This document shows, piece by piece, positions 61,711 through 64,000 of a stretch of DNA of 64,000 bases. The position numbers were made by a program, and so were the translations under genes. The stretch's first letter is position 1. The number at the start of each line of letters is the position of its first letter. The notes below the pieces were generated by a model, which worked only from the letters and a program-made list of their open reading frames with translations, had not been told where the DNA came from and made no database searches. Source of the DNA: a virus (taxonomy: Duplodnaviria > Caudoviricetes); the IMG/VR virus record IMGVR_UViG_2643221933_000001, positions 1 through 64,000 of that record. The stretch is one strand, 5' to 3'.

Positions 61711-62629
61711 AAATGGTCAGCGAATTGAGCTGCTTGGAGACCCTCATCTGGGTCGTTCTTTTCTTAACGGGGTTCCTCTCCACCGCCGGGGTGAGCGTGA
61801 GCGCCTTGTGTGGCAGGATTTTCTGGACTCTCTCGGCCGCGCAGCTGGTTGTGATTATCACGTCTGCCTTGGTGACCTGTTCGACAAATGGATCGTGTCC
61901 TTCGATCTGATCCTGAACACGGCCGACGTCTACCGTACGGCGGCGCTGGCAAACCCCCACACCCGGTTCTTCGTCCTGAAGGGCAATCACGACTGGACCC
62001 GGGATCTCGAGCGCCGCTCTGCGTTCGACGTGTTCGCCGCCCTGGTGGCCGATGCCCCAAACATCGTCATTGTGACGCGCCCTGTGATCGAGAACGGTCT
62101 GGTCTTCTACCCGTGGCACCCGCTCTGGGATGCCAAGGAGACCTTGTCGAAGATCACCGACAAGATCCTCTTCGGCCACTTCGATGTTGAGTTCGGTGAG
62201 CACAACATGGTTCCGACCGAGCTTGGCTTCGAGCGGATCTTCACCGGCCATGACCACAAGGCCCGTCGCCTGAAGAGGCACGGAACCGAGGTCATCGTCG
62301 TCGGCTCGATGCAGCCATACGCTCACGGCGAGGAGGCTGACGACAGCCTCTACGTCACCCTCCGTCCGGAGGAGGTGCCGGCGGCGGGCGACCTGCGGAA
62401 CAAGTGCGTCCGCATCCTTGGCCAGTTCGACGGCGACATCGACTGCCTCCAGATCACCTACAAGCAGGAGAAGACAGCCGATGATGGCAGCATCGAACAG
62501 GTCACCCTCGGTGACTTCGACATGGAACGTCTCTTTGGAGAAGCCTTTGCGGAAGCTGGCGTCTCTGCTGAGCGCACTCAAATCGTTCTGGGACAGTATC
62601 AGGCAAAACGGACCGCAGCTGGTGTTTAA
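61697..62629 (+). CDS. SbcD/Mre11-like nuclease
   Basis: GDPHLG, GDLFD, GNHD, GH, GHDH, GS; upstream of an SMC ATPase. Confidence 0.85.
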   Translation: MEIIENGQRIELLGDPHLGRSFLNGVPLHRRGERERLVWQDFLDSLGRAAGCDYHVCLGDLFDKWIVSFDLILNTADVYRTAALANPHTRFFVLKGNHDWTRDLERRSAFDVFAALVADAPNIVIVTRPVIENGLVFYPWHPLWDAKETLSKITDKILFGHFDVEFGEHNMVPTELGFERIFTGHDHKARRLKRHGTEVIVVGSMQPYAHGEEADDSLYVTLRPEEVPAAGDLRNKCVRILGQFDGDIDCLQITYKQEKTADDGSIEQVTLGDFDMERLFGEAFAEAGVSAERTQIVLGQYQAKRTAAGV

Positions 62630-62882
62630 AGATCTCGATCGCCCCGTCGCCCAGTACCGCCGGGTTCTCTCCACCTGGCTCGAGACACCCGGTCTCAGCC
62701 TCAACGAGGCAATCCTCGTCCGGTCCCTGAGCACGGCCCTGAACAATTCGCTCGAGGAGTTCGACCAGCTGCGCCGGATCATGGTCCAGCCCGCCTTCCT
62801 CCCCACCCTCCGTAGCGCCGCGGCGAAAGCCCAGGCCGCTGGCCTCCTTCTCGATTGGAATGACTATGCTGAAGCAGCTTGA
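62622..62882 (+). CDS. Hypothetical protein
   Basis: GTG start overlapping the SbcD-like stop; fills the gap. Confidence 0.5.
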   Translation: MFKDLDRPVAQYRRVLSTWLETPGLSLNEAILVRSLSTALNNSLEEFDQLRRIMVQPAFLPTLRSAAAKAQAAGLLLDWNDYAEAA

Positions 62883-64000
62883 ATATTCGGTGACCTTCCC
62901 ATCCACCGGCCGCACACTTTCCGAAGCCGTCCTGTTCCAGGGCGGCTTCGGTGCTATTGTGGGACCGAACGAAAGCGGCAAGTCCATGATCATCGAGATG
63001 ATCCGGTTCTGCCTGTTCGGTTCCGGCGCCCTGCGAGGCAAGAGCGAAGACTACAAGAACCTGAAGGCCAGCTTGTCCTTCACGGTCAAAGGCGGCGACT
63101 ATCTCGTCGAGCGAACCAGCTCCAAGGCCAAGCTCTCCCGCAACGGCGAGATCATCGCAACCGGTGTGACGCCGGTGAACCAGAAGATCCCGACCGAACT
63201 CGGGTTCGGCCTCGCTGTCTTCGACATGGCCTGTGCCGCGAACCAGAACCAGCTCCTGAAGCTCGGTGAGATGAAGCCGAGCGAGCGCCAGCGGGCCGTC
63301 GACAGCGTGATCGGCGTGTCCGTCCTCGACGACCTGGCCAAGCTGGCCGGCGACGAGGCCCTCGCCCTGAAACGTGCAGCCGATGACCTTGCCTCGCATG
63401 TCACCGAACCGGTGATGCCCGTCGAGCCGGCCGGCTACCGGATCTCCGCAGATCTCGAGGACGAGAAGCGGGCGCTGGATCTGCTTCGGTCCAAGGCTGA
63501 CCAGCTGCGTGGCTGGCTGGCACACGCCAAGACTGCCCCGGTCAAGCCCGTGCTCACGGTCACAGAGAGCGCCGCTGAGCTCGAGGAGCAGATTGCCGGT
63601 GTCCAGGCCCTCCGCGCCCAGCGGCAGGCGCTGGAGAGCGAGCTGGCCCGTATCCCGGCCGCTGCGAACGTCACGCTCGAGGAGATCGAGGAGGACGAGC
63701 GTAAGGCTGCTCTGCACGAGCGGTATCTGGACCGGAAGCGGTTCCTCGCTCAGCATCCCATGCCGGACCTGACACAGGACCAGGTCAACTCCCTCCGGGT
63801 TGCCTGGGAGGCGCACAAGCGCTGGCAGAAGTTCCAGCACCTGACCAAGCAGCGTGACGATCTGCTGGCCAAGGGCGAGCATACCTGCCCGAGCTGCAGC
63901 CATCACTGGCCGATCGCGAGCGATGCTCTCGTCGCAATCGATCAGGAGCTGGAAGGCTACACCAAGGTGCTGATGCTCGAGGACAAGCCGGCCACTCCGG
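62866..64000 (+). CDS. SbcC/Rad50-like ATPase, N-terminal part (runs off the window)
   Basis: My translation MLKQLEYSVTFP...IVGPNESGKS; coiled coil; CPSC zinc hook near 63885. Confidence 0.88.
   Translation, partial: MLKQLEYSVTFPSTGRTLSEAVLFQGGFGAIVGPNESGKSMIIEMIRFCLFGSGALRGKSEDYKNLKASLSFTVKGGDYLVERTSSKAKLSRNGEIIATGVTPVNQKIPTELGFGLAVFDMACAANQNQLLKLGEMKPSERQRAVDSVIGVSVLDDLAKLAGDEALALKRAADDLASHVTEPVMPVEPAGYRISADLEDEKRALDLLRSKADQLRGWLAHAKTAPVKPVLTVTESAAELEEQIAGVQALRAQRQALESELARIPAAANVTLEEIEEDERKAALHERYLDRKRFLAQHPMPDLTQDQVNSLRVAWEAHKRWQKFQHLTKQRDDLLAKGEHTCPSCSHHWPIASDALVAIDQELEGYTKVLMLEDKPATP

Larger units (their letters stand above)
1..64000. mobile_element. Tailed phage genome (siphovirus-like), probable phage-plasmid of an alphaproteobacterial host; partial
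   Basis: Head-tail module, replication module, ParA cassette; no bacterial housekeeping genes; genes truncated at both window ends. Confidence 0.93.

Noticed and set aside
1-64000. Integrase, CI-type repressor, lysis cassette, protelomerase
   Set aside because: None is recognisable in this window; they may lie in the missing part of the genome, so absence is not proven.

Overview
The window is about 64 kb of a GC-rich tailed-phage (siphovirus-like) genome, truncated at both ends. The host is probably Rhizobiaceae/Alphaproteobacteria, inferred from a GapR homologue, two GTTC-N7-GTTC LexA boxes and RpoH-type promoters. Positions 1-25.9 kb (minus strand) hold the virion module: TerL, portal, an SGNH-like protein, protease/scaffold, capsid, neck, tail tube, G/GT chaperones with a -1 frameshift, tape measure with a lysozyme domain, and lambda-like M/L/K/I/J tail-tip genes. 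Positions 26-64 kb (mostly plus strand) hold a primase-helicase, many small early genes, a ParA/RHH partition cassette with centromere-like repeats, and a replication/recombination set (SF2 helicase, SSB-like protein, 5'-3' exonuclease, PolA, ligase, ThyX, RecU-like protein, DEDD exonuclease, SbcD/SbcC). No integrase, tRNA or CRISPR array was seen. The most notable signals read from the DNA are: (i) a candidate plasmid replicon (HTH protein, counter-transcribed RNA, CopG-like RHH) inside the tail operon, which together with the partition cassette suggests a phage-plasmid; (ii) sigma32/RpoH-like promoters in front of the late operons; (iii) a dispersed 15-bp palindromic operator; (iv) two LexA-box-controlled antisense genes; (v) a small-peptide/structured-RNA locus. 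Product calls come from motif recognition and synteny only, with no database searches.
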